A DNA stretch of 64,000 bases, taken from positions 160,001 to 224,000 of the IMG/VR virus record IMGVR_UViG_3300012952_003952; one strand, 5' to 3'. The translations under genes and the position numbers were made by a program. The notes beneath the pieces were generated by a model, which saw nothing but the letters and a program-made list of their open reading frames with translations, ran no database searches and was not told the origin of the DNA. The stretch comes from a virus (taxonomy: Duplodnaviria > Caudoviricetes). Shown here one piece after another: positions 20,789-30,354 of this stretch. Every line of letters starts with the position of its first letter. Within the stretch, counting starts at the first letter, position 1.

Positions 20789-21587
20789 AGGCCCAGAATG
20801 CAGAAGAATTGCAGAGTCGCTTGCAAAAGAAGTTTCTAATAAGACCATCGTGGGTATAGACATCCTCGGAGGCAGGTATACTAAGAAAGAACCATCAGGT
20901 TTATCAGATTTAATTTCTGATCTACCGATTGCCGTTGCTGGGGTAGGTGTTCATGGAAAGTTTATTTATTGGATTCTTTCTAAAGAACATTCGCTCTGGA
21001 ACACTCTTGGAATGAGTGGACATTGGTCTGGTGAAGAGCAAAAACATTCTAGAATAAAAATCAGGTTTTCTGATAAAACGCATGTTTACTTTAATGACAC
21101 TAGAAATTTTGGAACAATTAAATTAGTAAAGGGAAAATCAGAGCTTATAAAAAAGCTTAAATCTCTTGGTCCAGATATGCTCTCAGAAGACGTTGATAAT
21201 ATAACATTTTTGTCTGCGCTTAGAAAGAAAAATAAACACAATATATGCAAAGTTCTTATGGACCAAAGCGTCATCGCTGGCGTAGGAAATTATGTAAAAG
21301 CTGAAGCATTGTGGTTAGCTAAAATTAATCCAGCTTCTAACGTTCAAGATTTAGAAGACTACCAGTTAATAGATCTTAATGAGTCTATTAAAAGTGTTTT
21401 AAGAGCTTCTTACGAAAGCGGAGGAGCTACTATTAAGTCATATAAAAACTTTGATGGTGAAATTGGGGATTACTCTTCTCGGTTTCTTGTTTATAATCAG
21501 AAAACAGACCCCCACGGAAACGAAGTGGTAAAGTTTCAAACCCCAGACGGTAGAACAACTCACTGGGTGCCAGAAGTTCAAATTTAG
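20781..21587 (+). CDS. Fpg/Nei-family DNA glycosylase/AP lyase
   Basis: N-terminal MPEGPE, HGKF, TLGMSG, DTRNFG, H2TH LMDQSVIAGVGNY and a zincless-finger-like GRTTHWVP end. Confidence 0.92.
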   Translation: MPEGPECRRIAESLAKEVSNKTIVGIDILGGRYTKKEPSGLSDLISDLPIAVAGVGVHGKFIYWILSKEHSLWNTLGMSGHWSGEEQKHSRIKIRFSDKTHVYFNDTRNFGTIKLVKGKSELIKKLKSLGPDMLSEDVDNITFLSALRKKNKHNICKVLMDQSVIAGVGNYVKAEALWLAKINPASNVQDLEDYQLIDLNESIKSVLRASYESGGATIKSYKNFDGEIGDYSSRFLVYNQKTDPHGNEVVKFQTPDGRTTHWVPEVQI

Positions 21588-21595
21588 GAGAAAAA

Positions 21596-21877
21596 ATGAG
21601 CGAAGAAACAACATACAAAATGACAGATCATTCTATTGCCCACGTGGCGAAATTAATTCAGGTTGCTATGCTAACTGGAACAGACATAGTAGATCATTTG
21701 CGCTCTGTAGAGTTTACACTCGATGAAAACGGAGGGCTAACCCCATCTTCAGCAACTCTTTCGTCTCTAGGTTCAGAAATTGAATCTATGTTTACAGACC
21801 TTGAAAATGAGGCAAGTAATCAAAATGACATTAGCTTCGAAACTCCTAATCAGAAAACAACTATTTTTGAAGTATAG
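21596..21877 (+). CDS. Hypothetical protein
   Basis: 93-aa ORF with an AGGAG RBS. Confidence 0.65.
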   Translation: MSEETTYKMTDHSIAHVAKLIQVAMLTGTDIVDHLRSVEFTLDENGGLTPSSATLSSLGSEIESMFTDLENEASNQNDISFETPNQKTTIFEV

Positions 21878-21915
21878 AGATTTTTCAGTGATACTTACTA
21901 ACAAGGTATCGCTAA

Positions 21916-22731
21916 ATGAAAGCTACAAATATCAGAGAAAAAATAAAGCTCAACAAAAAATATACCGAGCTTAATTATTGGAAGAGTATCTTTGAAGATA
22001 CCCAAGAGCTTTTTCATGCGTACGACATAGAATTAGCAGACTTTGTAAACCAAGTATCTAATATAGTCAACGAAAATGAAGCTTCGAGTGTAGAAATTTG
22101 TGATGAAGAAAATTTGGTAAAGTTTGAAGAGCAAAAACAAGATAACCAACATCAAAATTCTTACGAAGAAACTCGAAGCGAAGAATCTTTAGAGCATGAT
22201 TTAGAAAACAAAAAAGCTCCAGATTGGATGAAAAAAGCTTTTAAAGCTATTGCGCTAAAAACGCACCCTGATAAAGTTCTTTATAGAGATGATCTCTCTG
22301 AAAAAGAAAAAGAACACCTGGTAAAAACTTACTCTAGAGCTGCTGATGCAGTAGCTTCTTTAAGCGGAATTTCGCTTATAGAAATAGCCCAATCTTTAGG
22401 AATAGAGCTAGACCTAAGCCCGAAACAGCAGATTTTAATGCTGGAAAACAAGATAGAAAAAATAAAAAAAGAAGTCCAAAACCATCAACAGATGATTTCT
22501 TGGTCTTGGGGTGAAAATGAGGGTAATATAGAAATTAGAGCTAATTTGTTTCTTCACGTTTTAAGCCATTTAAAAATAGAGCCCATCCCGATAGAAAAAC
22601 TCAAAAGCATGATTGAAAAATTCGAAAAGGGCGATAATTTAGTTGAAAAAACTGACAGCCGAGATAAAATATTAAAAAGAAAGGTTGGTCAAAGACCAGC
22701 TCCTGGTATAGGCAGGATGAGGAAAAAATGA
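21916..22731 (+). CDS. J-domain-like co-chaperone
   Basis: KKAFKAIALKTHPDK contains the J-domain HPD motif. Confidence 0.65.
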   Translation: MKATNIREKIKLNKKYTELNYWKSIFEDTQELFHAYDIELADFVNQVSNIVNENEASSVEICDEENLVKFEEQKQDNQHQNSYEETRSEESLEHDLENKKAPDWMKKAFKAIALKTHPDKVLYRDDLSEKEKEHLVKTYSRAADAVASLSGISLIEIAQSLGIELDLSPKQQILMLENKIEKIKKEVQNHQQMISWSWGENEGNIEIRANLFLHVLSHLKIEPIPIEKLKSMIEKFEKGDNLVEKTDSRDKILKRKVGQRPAPGIGRMRKK

Positions 22732-22964
22732 AAATCGGTTCTCTTATAGTGTTTGAAGAAGAAGCTCAAGGATATGATCTAGTTCAAAAGCAGGGCAATC
22801 TTTTTAGAAATGATCTAATAAGAATAAACACTGGAACCTGTGGAATAGTTTGCAAGCTTTACGACTACCCATCTACTAACATGACACTGGCAGAGATACT
22901 AATTGGAAACAAGCTTGTTTGTGACGTTAATTTAAATAAGCACGAATACAAGCTTATAAATTAA
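22728..22964 (+). CDS. Small hypothetical protein
   Basis: 78-aa ORF overlapping the previous stop codon (ATGA). Confidence 0.5.
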   Translation: MKIGSLIVFEEEAQGYDLVQKQGNLFRNDLIRINTGTCGIVCKLYDYPSTNMTLAEILIGNKLVCDVNLNKHEYKLIN

Positions 22965-23695
22965 AAACATTCTCTTGCAATTGAAACAGATCCGCTTGGA
23001 GAAGCTTGAAAAGTTCTTATTTTGACATGCGGATAATAGTCTTTGCATAAATCTGCAACAGCGTCGATATTGCCAGAATTGTCATCATAAAAATACACTT
23101 CATCTGGATCATATTGGTCTATGTAAGATTTCATTATGCTTGCTTTAGCGCTAGGGTTCCCTCCCATATCACCAGCAGTATGAATGTCTCCACTAGAAAT
23201 GCTTAATCCTTGAGAATTTAGAAATTGAGAAATGTCTTCTCTGTTCGTAGCTTTTACAGAGTTTCCCCTAAGAGAATCTAGATCTTGGTTACCAGATCTT
23301 GCTGTTATGATTATCACTAAAGAGCTAGGGCTACTCTGCGCGCTTTTAGCTATATTCAATATATTTTCTATTGGAGAAGTAGAATCAATGTTTACGCCGG
23401 CAGTTTCTGAAAAATCGAAAACATCTTCTAGCTCATTAGAAGAAAGGTAATCTAAATCTTTTCTTGCTTTTTGCTCATAGTGCGCAAAGTCTTCTGATGA
23501 AAACCAAACTATTTCATTTTCAGTGCCTTTATTCTCTACAGAGTTAAAATCTAGTGAATTGTCTAATATCCAATTCATGAATTCTGGATCAGCTTTTCCG
23601 CTTGGTTTATTTCTCCTAACTCCGATCAGATTATCAGTTATAGCTAGCGTATCATCAAAATCAAACGCGAATATTTTTTTAATTTTTGAAGCCAT
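22961..23695 (-). CDS. HAD-superfamily phosphatase-like protein
   Basis: FAFDFDDTLA (DxD motif I), IITAR (motif II) and YFYDD (motif IV); minus-strand ATACTTA motif upstream. Confidence 0.75.
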   Translation of the reverse strand: MASKIKKIFAFDFDDTLAITDNLIGVRRNKPSGKADPEFMNWILDNSLDFNSVENKGTENEIVWFSSEDFAHYEQKARKDLDYLSSNELEDVFDFSETAGVNIDSTSPIENILNIAKSAQSSPSSLVIIITARSGNQDLDSLRGNSVKATNREDISQFLNSQGLSISSGDIHTAGDMGGNPSAKASIMKSYIDQYDPDEVYFYDDNSGNIDAVADLCKDYYPHVKIRTFQASPSGSVSIARECF

Positions 23696-23752
23696 GTACA
23701 ATTTCCTTATGCAAAATATAAGTATTATAGTATTATCTAACAAGAGACTCTA

Positions 23753-24049
23753 ATGAATCCTTTAAGACTTTTTATAAGAGAAATTTTAAAAGAACAAGTA
23801 GTCGGGTATACACCGCCGCAAAAAGATTCTAGCGGAGATGACGACGCCGACTTTTTAGCTTATGGAGACATGTCAAGTCCAGCGCCTGCAAATCCTTCCG
23901 AAACCGAAGATCCAGAAGACGAAGAGCAGCTTCAGACGCAACTTCAGACTACTAATAAGCAACGCCAAAAAGATTTAGATTCAGGTGATGCTACGGCTGC
24001 TAATTACGACGGTAGGGTACTTCAAAAACTTCAAAAAACTACAGGATAG
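23753..24049 (+). CDS. Small acidic hypothetical protein
   Basis: N-terminal LRLFIREILKEQ motif. Confidence 0.55.
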   Translation: MNPLRLFIREILKEQVVGYTPPQKDSSGDDDADFLAYGDMSSPAPANPSETEDPEDEEQLQTQLQTTNKQRQKDLDSGDATAANYDGRVLQKLQKTTG

Positions 24050-24080
24050 TTGTGAAAAACTAAGCTTACTTTGATATAAT
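24050..24080 (+). promoter_or_regulatory. Sigma70-like promoter of dnaE
   Basis: GTGAAA (24052-24057), 17-bp spacer, TATAAT (24075-24080). Confidence 0.65.
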
Positions 24081-24100
24081 AAACTATCAAAGGTAGGTTT

Positions 24101-27100
24101 ATGAAAACACCCAGCAAGTTTTTTGGTTTACACGCGCATTCTGGCTTTTCTATTTTCGATGGGCTAGGTTATCCGCAAGAACATATTGATTTTTGTAGAG
24201 AGAATGGACTAGACGGATGGTCCATGACTGACCATGGTCACATGAACGGCTTTGGTCACGCTTATTTGCACACGGAAAAGCTAAATAAAGCAGGCGGTAA
24301 TTTTAAGTTAATCCCCGGCTGCGAGATGTATGTTCATCCAGATTTAGACGTGTGGAAGCTAGATTACGAAATCAATAAAACAGCTAAAAAAGGAGACAAA
24401 GAAGCTTTAGCTATTTTAAAAAAGCAGAGAGAAGCAATTCAAACTCCTCTTCTCGCTTTTGTAGATGAGCATGACGAAACTTTAAACGTTGGCCTAGAAG
24501 GCGCTTCTTTGACCGTTGAAAACGAAGAAGAAACTAAATCAGGAAAGTTTTATGATCCGATCAAGCGTCGTCACCATCTAGTGGTTTTACCAAAAACTTC
24601 CGAGGGATTGCAAAGGTTGTTCCACTTAGTTTCTCGAGGTTACACAGAGGGATTCTATAGATTTCCAAGAGTAGACTATAAGATGCTTAAAGAAGCCGCT
24701 AAGGGTGGCCATCTAATGGTATCGACAGCTTGTATCGGTGGACCGTTAGCCTATGACGTGTTCCAACCGCTGCAAGAAACCAATTTTGAAGATCTCATTC
24801 CTTCACTTTTTGATGACGAATCTTTAAGAAATAAAATTCTTTCTAAGTTTGAATATTCTTATGACCAGCTAGCGGATGCCGTTGGAGAAGAAAATGTAAT
24901 GCTGGAATTGCAGTTTAATAAACTCCCAGCGCAGCACTTAGTAAACAAAGCTATATTAGAATTCGCTAGAACGCGATCTTTAACAGATCAACTTATTGTT
25001 ACTTGCGATTCTCATTATGCTTCTCCTGACCACTGGAAAGAGAGAGAGCTTTATAAAAAGCTCGGGTGGCTAAACTATCAAAGCTTTAATCCAGATAATT
25101 TGCCCAAATCTAAAGAAGACTTAAAGTGCGAACTGTACCCTAAGAATGCAAAACAGGTTTGGGAATCATATCTTGAAACGACAGAAGGCCACGATTTTTA
25201 TGAAGATTCAGAAATATTTGACGCTATAGAAAGAACACATGATGTTGCTCACGAGATGATTGGAGAAATTCACCCTGATCGTAAAATGAAATTACCTTCT
25301 TATGTAGTTCCTAAAGGCCAAACAGCGAATAAAGCTCTTTTAGAAGCAGCTAAAGCTGGATTAATCAAGCGAGGACTAGCAAATCAACCAGAATATGTCG
25401 ACAGGATGAAGACAGAGCTTAAAGTTATTTTTGATAAAAATTTCTCTGAGTATTTCTTAACCATGAAAGCAATTATTGATCTTGCTCGCGAGAAAATGCT
25501 AGCTGGACCAGGCCGCGGATCTGGAGCAGGGTCTCTAGTGAATTACGCCCTTTATATTACTGACATAGATCCAGTGGAATATGGGCTCTTATTTGAGCGG
25601 TTCATGTCTCCAGAGCGAACCGAAATGCCGGATATCGACACCGATATCGCAGACCGAGATGAACTCATTAAAATTCTTAGAGAGAATTTTGGTAACAAAA
25701 ATGTGATTCCGATCTCAAATTACAATACTTTCAAGATCAAAAGTCTTCTTAAAGATGTTTCTAGATTTTATGGGATTGAATTCTCAGAAGTAAATAAGAC
25801 TCTAGCTTCTCTAGAAAGAGATGTTGCTCAAGGAAGAAAAGCAGACGGCGTGGACGCAGCTTTTGATATTAGTTTTGAAGAAGCCAAGAAGTATTCTACT
25901 AAAGTTAGTGATTATCTAGAAAAATATCCTCAAATTGCAGACCCTATCAATGTGCTTTACAAGCAAAATAAAGCACTTGGCCGACACGCTGGTGGTGTCA
26001 TTGTTTCTGAAAAAATAGAAGAAAGAATGCCTTTGATTGTGGCTCGTGGCGAAATGCAAACTCCTTGGGTCGAGGGAATGAACTACAAGCACCTTGAAGA
26101 GTTTGGTTGGATTAAGTTTGATCTCCTCGGCCTAGAAACTCTTAGAATTATCGAAAGAACAATTTCTCTTGTTTTACAAAAATCAGGGGTGGAGAACCCA
26201 ACGTTCGACCAGGTGGTAGATTGGTACAATGAAAATATTGCCCCAAACGTAATTGACTTCAACGATAGCAAAGTTTACAAAAACGTATATCACTCTGGAA
26301 GGTGGGCTGGTATTTTTCAGTGCACTCAAAGAGGTGCGCAAGCTCTATTTAAAAGAGCTAAGCCAGAATCAGTAGTAGATTTAGCTACTCTTACTTCTAT
26401 TTATCGTCCTGGTCCACTTTCTGCAAAAGTAGATAAGCTTTACATTAAAGCCAAAAACAATCCGCAGAATGTTTTTTATGGTCACCCTTTAATCGAACAA
26501 GTTCTAAATTCAACTTATGGAATGATTATCTTCCAAGAGCAAGTAATGGAACTTTGCCATGTCGTAGCCGGTTTTCCAAAAGCAGAATGTAATAAGCTTA
26601 GAAAGATGATGAAGCCGGTTGGGTCTGGTAACGAAAATGTAAAGAAGGCTGCAGCTCTAAAGAATAAATTCGTAGAAGGAGCTTCGCAAAATGGAGTAGA
26701 TAAAAATATAGCTAGCGAGCTTTACGATAGAATCTTGTATTTCAGTGGCTATGGTTTCAATAAGTCTCACGCTGTTTCTTACGCAGTTAATTCTTACCAC
26801 TGCGCTTGGCTTATGACTTACTACGAGCAAGAATGGATTCAAGCTTATTTAGAAGCTTGTTCTGGTAACCCTAAAAAGCTTTCTAAAGCCCTAAGCGAAG
26901 TAAAAGCTTTAGGATACAACATTGTTCCCATCGATATCAATAAAGCTGGTAAAGCTTGGAGTTGCGTAGACGACAATTCTTTGATGCCGTCTTTTCTCTC
27001 TTGTAAAGGCGTTGGCGAAGCTGCTGTAGAAGAAATCTTAGAGCAGAGACCTTACTCTTCTATTGAAGATTTGTTTTGGGATGAAGAAGGAAAGTGGAAG

Positions 27101-27700
27101 CATGCAAAATTCAATAAAAGAGCTATTGAATCTTTAATCAAGATTAGAGCTTTTGATTCTCTTGATTGTGTGGGTCCAGACAAAACTTTCCAAAGTTATT
27201 CTCACATGCACACTGTACTCATGGAAAACTTTAATGATATCAGGAAGAGAACCAAGAAAGATCCTTATCGCGGCAAGAATAACTTTATTAAAGCTTTAGT
27301 AGAATCTCCTCGTTCTGAAGAGTGGTCTTTCGATGCGTTGATGAACTTTGAAGAAGAGTTGTTGGGAACTATTAACGTAGAAGCTCTTCTTCCGAAAAAA
27401 TTCGTGAAGAAGATGACCGAAAAGAATATCCATTCTTTAGACGATCATAACGGAAGAGAGTTTTATTGGTTCGTTTTGACTAAAGCTATACCTAAGCTTA
27501 CAAAAAACAAGAAGCCATACCTTCTTTTAAATGGAATAGCTTCAACTGGAAGGGTCCATAGAATGTTTTGCTGGGGAGTTCCTAAAGATGCTGACCTTCC
27601 GCCGTTTACTTTTTGTATAGCCGAAGTAGACAAAAACGACTTTGGGATGTCTACTAAGTGGAACAGAATTAAAAAATTTAGCTTTAATGATTTAGCTTAA
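24101..27700 (+). CDS. dnaE: DNA polymerase III alpha subunit (family C)
   Basis: PHP domain HAHSGFS..DG and TDHG, GRGSGAGSLV, PDIDTD, GRHAGG, KFDLLGL and YGFNKSHA motifs; C-terminal OB-like region. Confidence 0.97.
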   Translation: MKTPSKFFGLHAHSGFSIFDGLGYPQEHIDFCRENGLDGWSMTDHGHMNGFGHAYLHTEKLNKAGGNFKLIPGCEMYVHPDLDVWKLDYEINKTAKKGDKEALAILKKQREAIQTPLLAFVDEHDETLNVGLEGASLTVENEEETKSGKFYDPIKRRHHLVVLPKTSEGLQRLFHLVSRGYTEGFYRFPRVDYKMLKEAAKGGHLMVSTACIGGPLAYDVFQPLQETNFEDLIPSLFDDESLRNKILSKFEYSYDQLADAVGEENVMLELQFNKLPAQHLVNKAILEFARTRSLTDQLIVTCDSHYASPDHWKERELYKKLGWLNYQSFNPDNLPKSKEDLKCELYPKNAKQVWESYLETTEGHDFYEDSEIFDAIERTHDVAHEMIGEIHPDRKMKLPSYVVPKGQTANKALLEAAKAGLIKRGLANQPEYVDRMKTELKVIFDKNFSEYFLTMKAIIDLAREKMLAGPGRGSGAGSLVNYALYITDIDPVEYGLLFERFMSPERTEMPDIDTDIADRDELIKILRENFGNKNVIPISNYNTFKIKSLLKDVSRFYGIEFSEVNKTLASLERDVAQGRKADGVDAAFDISFEEAKKYSTKVSDYLEKYPQIADPINVLYKQNKALGRHAGGVIVSEKIEERMPLIVARGEMQTPWVEGMNYKHLEEFGWIKFDLLGLETLRIIERTISLVLQKSGVENPTFDQVVDWYNENIAPNVIDFNDSKVYKNVYHSGRWAGIFQCTQRGAQALFKRAKPESVVDLATLTSIYRPGPLSAKVDKLYIKAKNNPQNVFYGHPLIEQVLNSTYGMIIFQEQVMELCHVVAGFPKAECNKLRKMMKPVGSGNENVKKAAALKNKFVEGASQNGVDKNIASELYDRILYFSGYGFNKSHAVSYAVNSYHCAWLMTYYEQEWIQAYLEACSGNPKKLSKALSEVKALGYNIVPIDINKAGKAWSCVDDNSLMPSFLSCKGVGEAAVEEILEQRPYSSIEDLFWDEEGKWKHAKFNKRAIESLIKIRAFDSLDCVGPDKTFQSYSHMHTVLMENFNDIRKRTKKDPYRGKNNFIKALVESPRSEEWSFDALMNFEEELLGTINVEALLPKKFVKKMTEKNIHSLDDHNGREFYWFVLTKAIPKLTKNKKPYLLLNGIASTGRVHRMFCWGVPKDADLPPFTFCIAEVDKNDFGMSTKWNRIKKFSFNDLA

Positions 27701-27735
27701 TTTGTAAATCTAGCGAAAGAGGATATTATTACTAC

Positions 27736-28584
27736 ATGAATTCGAAATACAAAAATTTAAATCAAGCCTTTGTAGAAGAGTTAGTCGATTGCCACAAGAA
27801 CGGCGTAGAAGTTGAATCTCGTGGCTTCGTACAAAAAGAAAAACTTTTCTCTTCTTTTATAATTCAAGATCCCACCGATTTGCGAATTGATGTCCCAGCT
27901 AGAAAGTTCAATGAAGACTATGCAATTTTAGAATGGCTTTGGTACCTAAACTCTGACTCTAGAATAAAGACTATCGGTAAATTTGCAGATATTTGGAACA
28001 AGATTGCAGATTCGCAAGGGGTCGTTGAGTCTAACTATGGCTCTTATTTAAAGCCGTGCTGGTATGACTTAGTAGATGAGCTTATATCTGATAGAGATAC
28101 CCGTAGAGCAACTTGCGTAATTAATCAGCCATACCATAGGTTCAAAAACCCAAAAGACTATCCTTGTACGCACTATATTCACTTTTTTATCAGAGAAGAA
28201 GCTCTTCACATGGGCGTATATATGCGGTCTAATGATGCAGTTTTTGGTTTTTGTAACGACGTTTTCACCTTTGCGTTGTTTCAACAGCTTATGCTAAATG
28301 AACTAAACGCTCGCGGTGGTAAACTTTCATTAGGAACATACTACCACTCGGCTGGAAGCTTTCACGTATACGATAGACATTATTCTATGATGGAAAAGAT
28401 AGCTGAAAATTATTTTGTGAAAGCTAGAAGAAATGGGTATCCAACCGACTTAAAGAAAATAGTGCTAGATCCCAATTTAACCTGGCCGAAAATGGAAAAC
28501 TACACGTCTTTTTTCAATGAAGACTTAGACAAAGAAGAAGTTTTAAATACAATTAAAAAGACTAAGGAAATTATATTCAAATGA
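27736..28584 (+). CDS. Thymidylate-synthase-family enzyme resembling T4 gp42 dCMP hydroxymethylase
   Basis: SNYG, DTRR, DYPCT (catalytic Cys), MRSNDAVFGFCND and GSFHVYDRH. Asp occupies the position of E. coli ThyA Asn177, as in T4 gp42 (MRSNDVVFGFRND). Confidence 0.8.
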   Translation: MNSKYKNLNQAFVEELVDCHKNGVEVESRGFVQKEKLFSSFIIQDPTDLRIDVPARKFNEDYAILEWLWYLNSDSRIKTIGKFADIWNKIADSQGVVESNYGSYLKPCWYDLVDELISDRDTRRATCVINQPYHRFKNPKDYPCTHYIHFFIREEALHMGVYMRSNDAVFGFCNDVFTFALFQQLMLNELNARGGKLSLGTYYHSAGSFHVYDRHYSMMEKIAENYFVKARRNGYPTDLKKIVLDPNLTWPKMENYTSFFNEDLDKEEVLNTIKKTKEIIFK

Positions 28585-28862
28585 ATATTCTAAAAAAAGC
28601 AAATGAGATAATCAATGAAAGATCTGAAGAAAAAGAGCGCCAATACGGCCCAATGGGTGAAGGCCTTGAAAGAGCTGCGATGATTGCTTCTGGAATAACG
28701 GGTAAAGATTTAACAGCAGACGATATTTTTGCATGCCTCATCGGCCTTAAATTTTCTAGACATTCGTATAACTACAAAGAAGATAATTTTCTAGATGCTG
28801 CTGCTTATTTGGGAGCGTGGAACAATTACCAACAGGAGAAATTAAAAAGTGAAGATAAGTAA
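28581..28862 (+). CDS. Small all-helical phage protein (DUF6378-like)
   Basis: ILKKANEII...RQYG...LIGLKFSR...DNFLDAAAY pattern recalled for this family. Confidence 0.6.
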   Translation: MNILKKANEIINERSEEKERQYGPMGEGLERAAMIASGITGKDLTADDIFACLIGLKFSRHSYNYKEDNFLDAAAYLGAWNNYQQEKLKSEDK

Positions 28863-29283
28863 AGTAAGGGCAGTTAAAACACCGCAAAGGGGGACTCCAG
28901 AGTCAGCTGGAATTGATTTTTTCGTGCCAGAGGGAATGATAGCTAAATTATCGCCTGGAGACTCTTGCTTGATGCCAAGCGGAATCAAAGCCAATGTTCC
29001 ATCTGGCCATGCATTAATAGCGTTTAATAAGAGTGGAGTAGCAGTTAAGAAATCTCTTCACGTTGGGGCATGCGTCGTAGACGAAGATTATCAGGGCGAA
29101 ATTCACCTTAATTTAATCAATGTTGGCTCGAGCGTTGCAGAGATAAAATCTGGAGAAAAAATAGTCCAATTTATTTTACTTCCTGTTTTTTATGACACAA
29201 TTGAAGAAGTAGAATTGGAAAACCTTTACGAAGACGAAACTGTTCGAGGTGAAGGTGGTTTTGGTAGCACGGGAGTAGAATAG
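28849..29283 (+). CDS. dut: Trimeric dUTPase
   Basis: SAGID, KSG, GACVVDEDYQGE and RGEGGFGSTG motifs. Confidence 0.93.
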   Translation: MKISKVRAVKTPQRGTPESAGIDFFVPEGMIAKLSPGDSCLMPSGIKANVPSGHALIAFNKSGVAVKKSLHVGACVVDEDYQGEIHLNLINVGSSVAEIKSGEKIVQFILLPVFYDTIEEVELENLYEDETVRGEGGFGSTGVE

Positions 29284-30353
29284 TGGATTATTTTGTAGAT
29301 TATGAAATTCCTAAAAACTTTAAGATAGGGATCGACGGACTAGAGAGAAACATTCCGGCTAGAAAACACAGCCACAATGCTGCCTGGGTTCATCTCTACA
29401 AAAATATGCTACAATCTGCTGGCTGGAGTGATGTACACGTCTTAGGCAATCATGACACTTACGAAGGTTATGATGCTATGATATTTTATCCAGGAATTGC
29501 TTACGCTGGAACGATTAACTTCTTTTTTGGAGTTGACGACAATGTAGTTAGAAGGTTCTCCAGAATTCAAGATTTTGAAGGTCCGACTTTTATTTTAAAT
29601 CATGAAATGCCGCTCATTGGAGCGACGATCAGCAAAAGACTGCACAATAAATCGACAAGCTCGAAAATTGGAAATCTTAAACTGAGCTTATTAGATGATA
29701 TTTGCAAATCTACTCGCAGAATAGATTATGTTGAAAGATCAACAAAGCTTTGCTTTGGAGACAGTCATTGTTTTTCTGCTTATCTTCCAGGGTATTCTGT
29801 TTGCCGAAATGACGGGCTCACTCTTTTTTCTACGCTTCGCGATGGAGTAAAAGAGACCATTGAAGAAAAATATGGAGCTTCTGTTGAAAATTTGACTCAT
29901 CTTACTTTTTATATGGGCAATATTGATATAAGGCACCACTTGATGCGCCAAGAAAATCCATATGAAAAAATCCACGCTATGACTATCGAGCTTTCACACC
30001 AGCTTAAAAAACTTGATATACCAAACATTGAACTAGTTCACGCACTGCCTATCGAAAATATTTCTAGAAAACTTCCTAAAACTGGATATTATAAGAAGAC
30101 TCCATATTTCGGAACTTGGGAAGAAAGAACAAAATTAGTCAATACATTCAATGCCGCTGTAGATAGAATTTGTATAGAAAACAAATGGAATTCTTTCCAC
30201 TGGCCAGCTAAATTTTTAAATGATTCTGGTGAATTAGACTTTGAATATATGGAGCGCCCTAAAAGCGTACACTTAAGCCCGCTTTCTTATAGGTGGGACC
30301 TTTTTGAAAATCAATTAAATTTATTGCATAGTAATCAAAACAACGGAGAATAA
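29283..30353 (+). CDS. Two-domain protein: N-terminal segment resembling the T4 beta-glucosyltransferase N-domain, C-terminal SGNH-like domain
   Basis: YDAMIFY...TINFFFG compared with T4 BGT YDRLIVVNSSINFFGG; FGDSH (block I), YMGNID (block III) and SVHL (block V). Confidence 0.5.
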   Translation: MDYFVDYEIPKNFKIGIDGLERNIPARKHSHNAAWVHLYKNMLQSAGWSDVHVLGNHDTYEGYDAMIFYPGIAYAGTINFFFGVDDNVVRRFSRIQDFEGPTFILNHEMPLIGATISKRLHNKSTSSKIGNLKLSLLDDICKSTRRIDYVERSTKLCFGDSHCFSAYLPGYSVCRNDGLTLFSTLRDGVKETIEEKYGASVENLTHLTFYMGNIDIRHHLMRQENPYEKIHAMTIELSHQLKKLDIPNIELVHALPIENISRKLPKTGYYKKTPYFGTWEERTKLVNTFNAAVDRICIENKWNSFHWPAKFLNDSGELDFEYMERPKSVHLSPLSYRWDLFENQLNLLHSNQNNGE

Positions 30354-30354
30354 T

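Noticed and set aside
12703-27700. Inteins or introns in the helicase, RNR or DnaE
   Set aside because: Protein lengths are ordinary, conserved motifs are contiguous, and no C...HN splice junctions or LAGLIDADG motifs were noticed.
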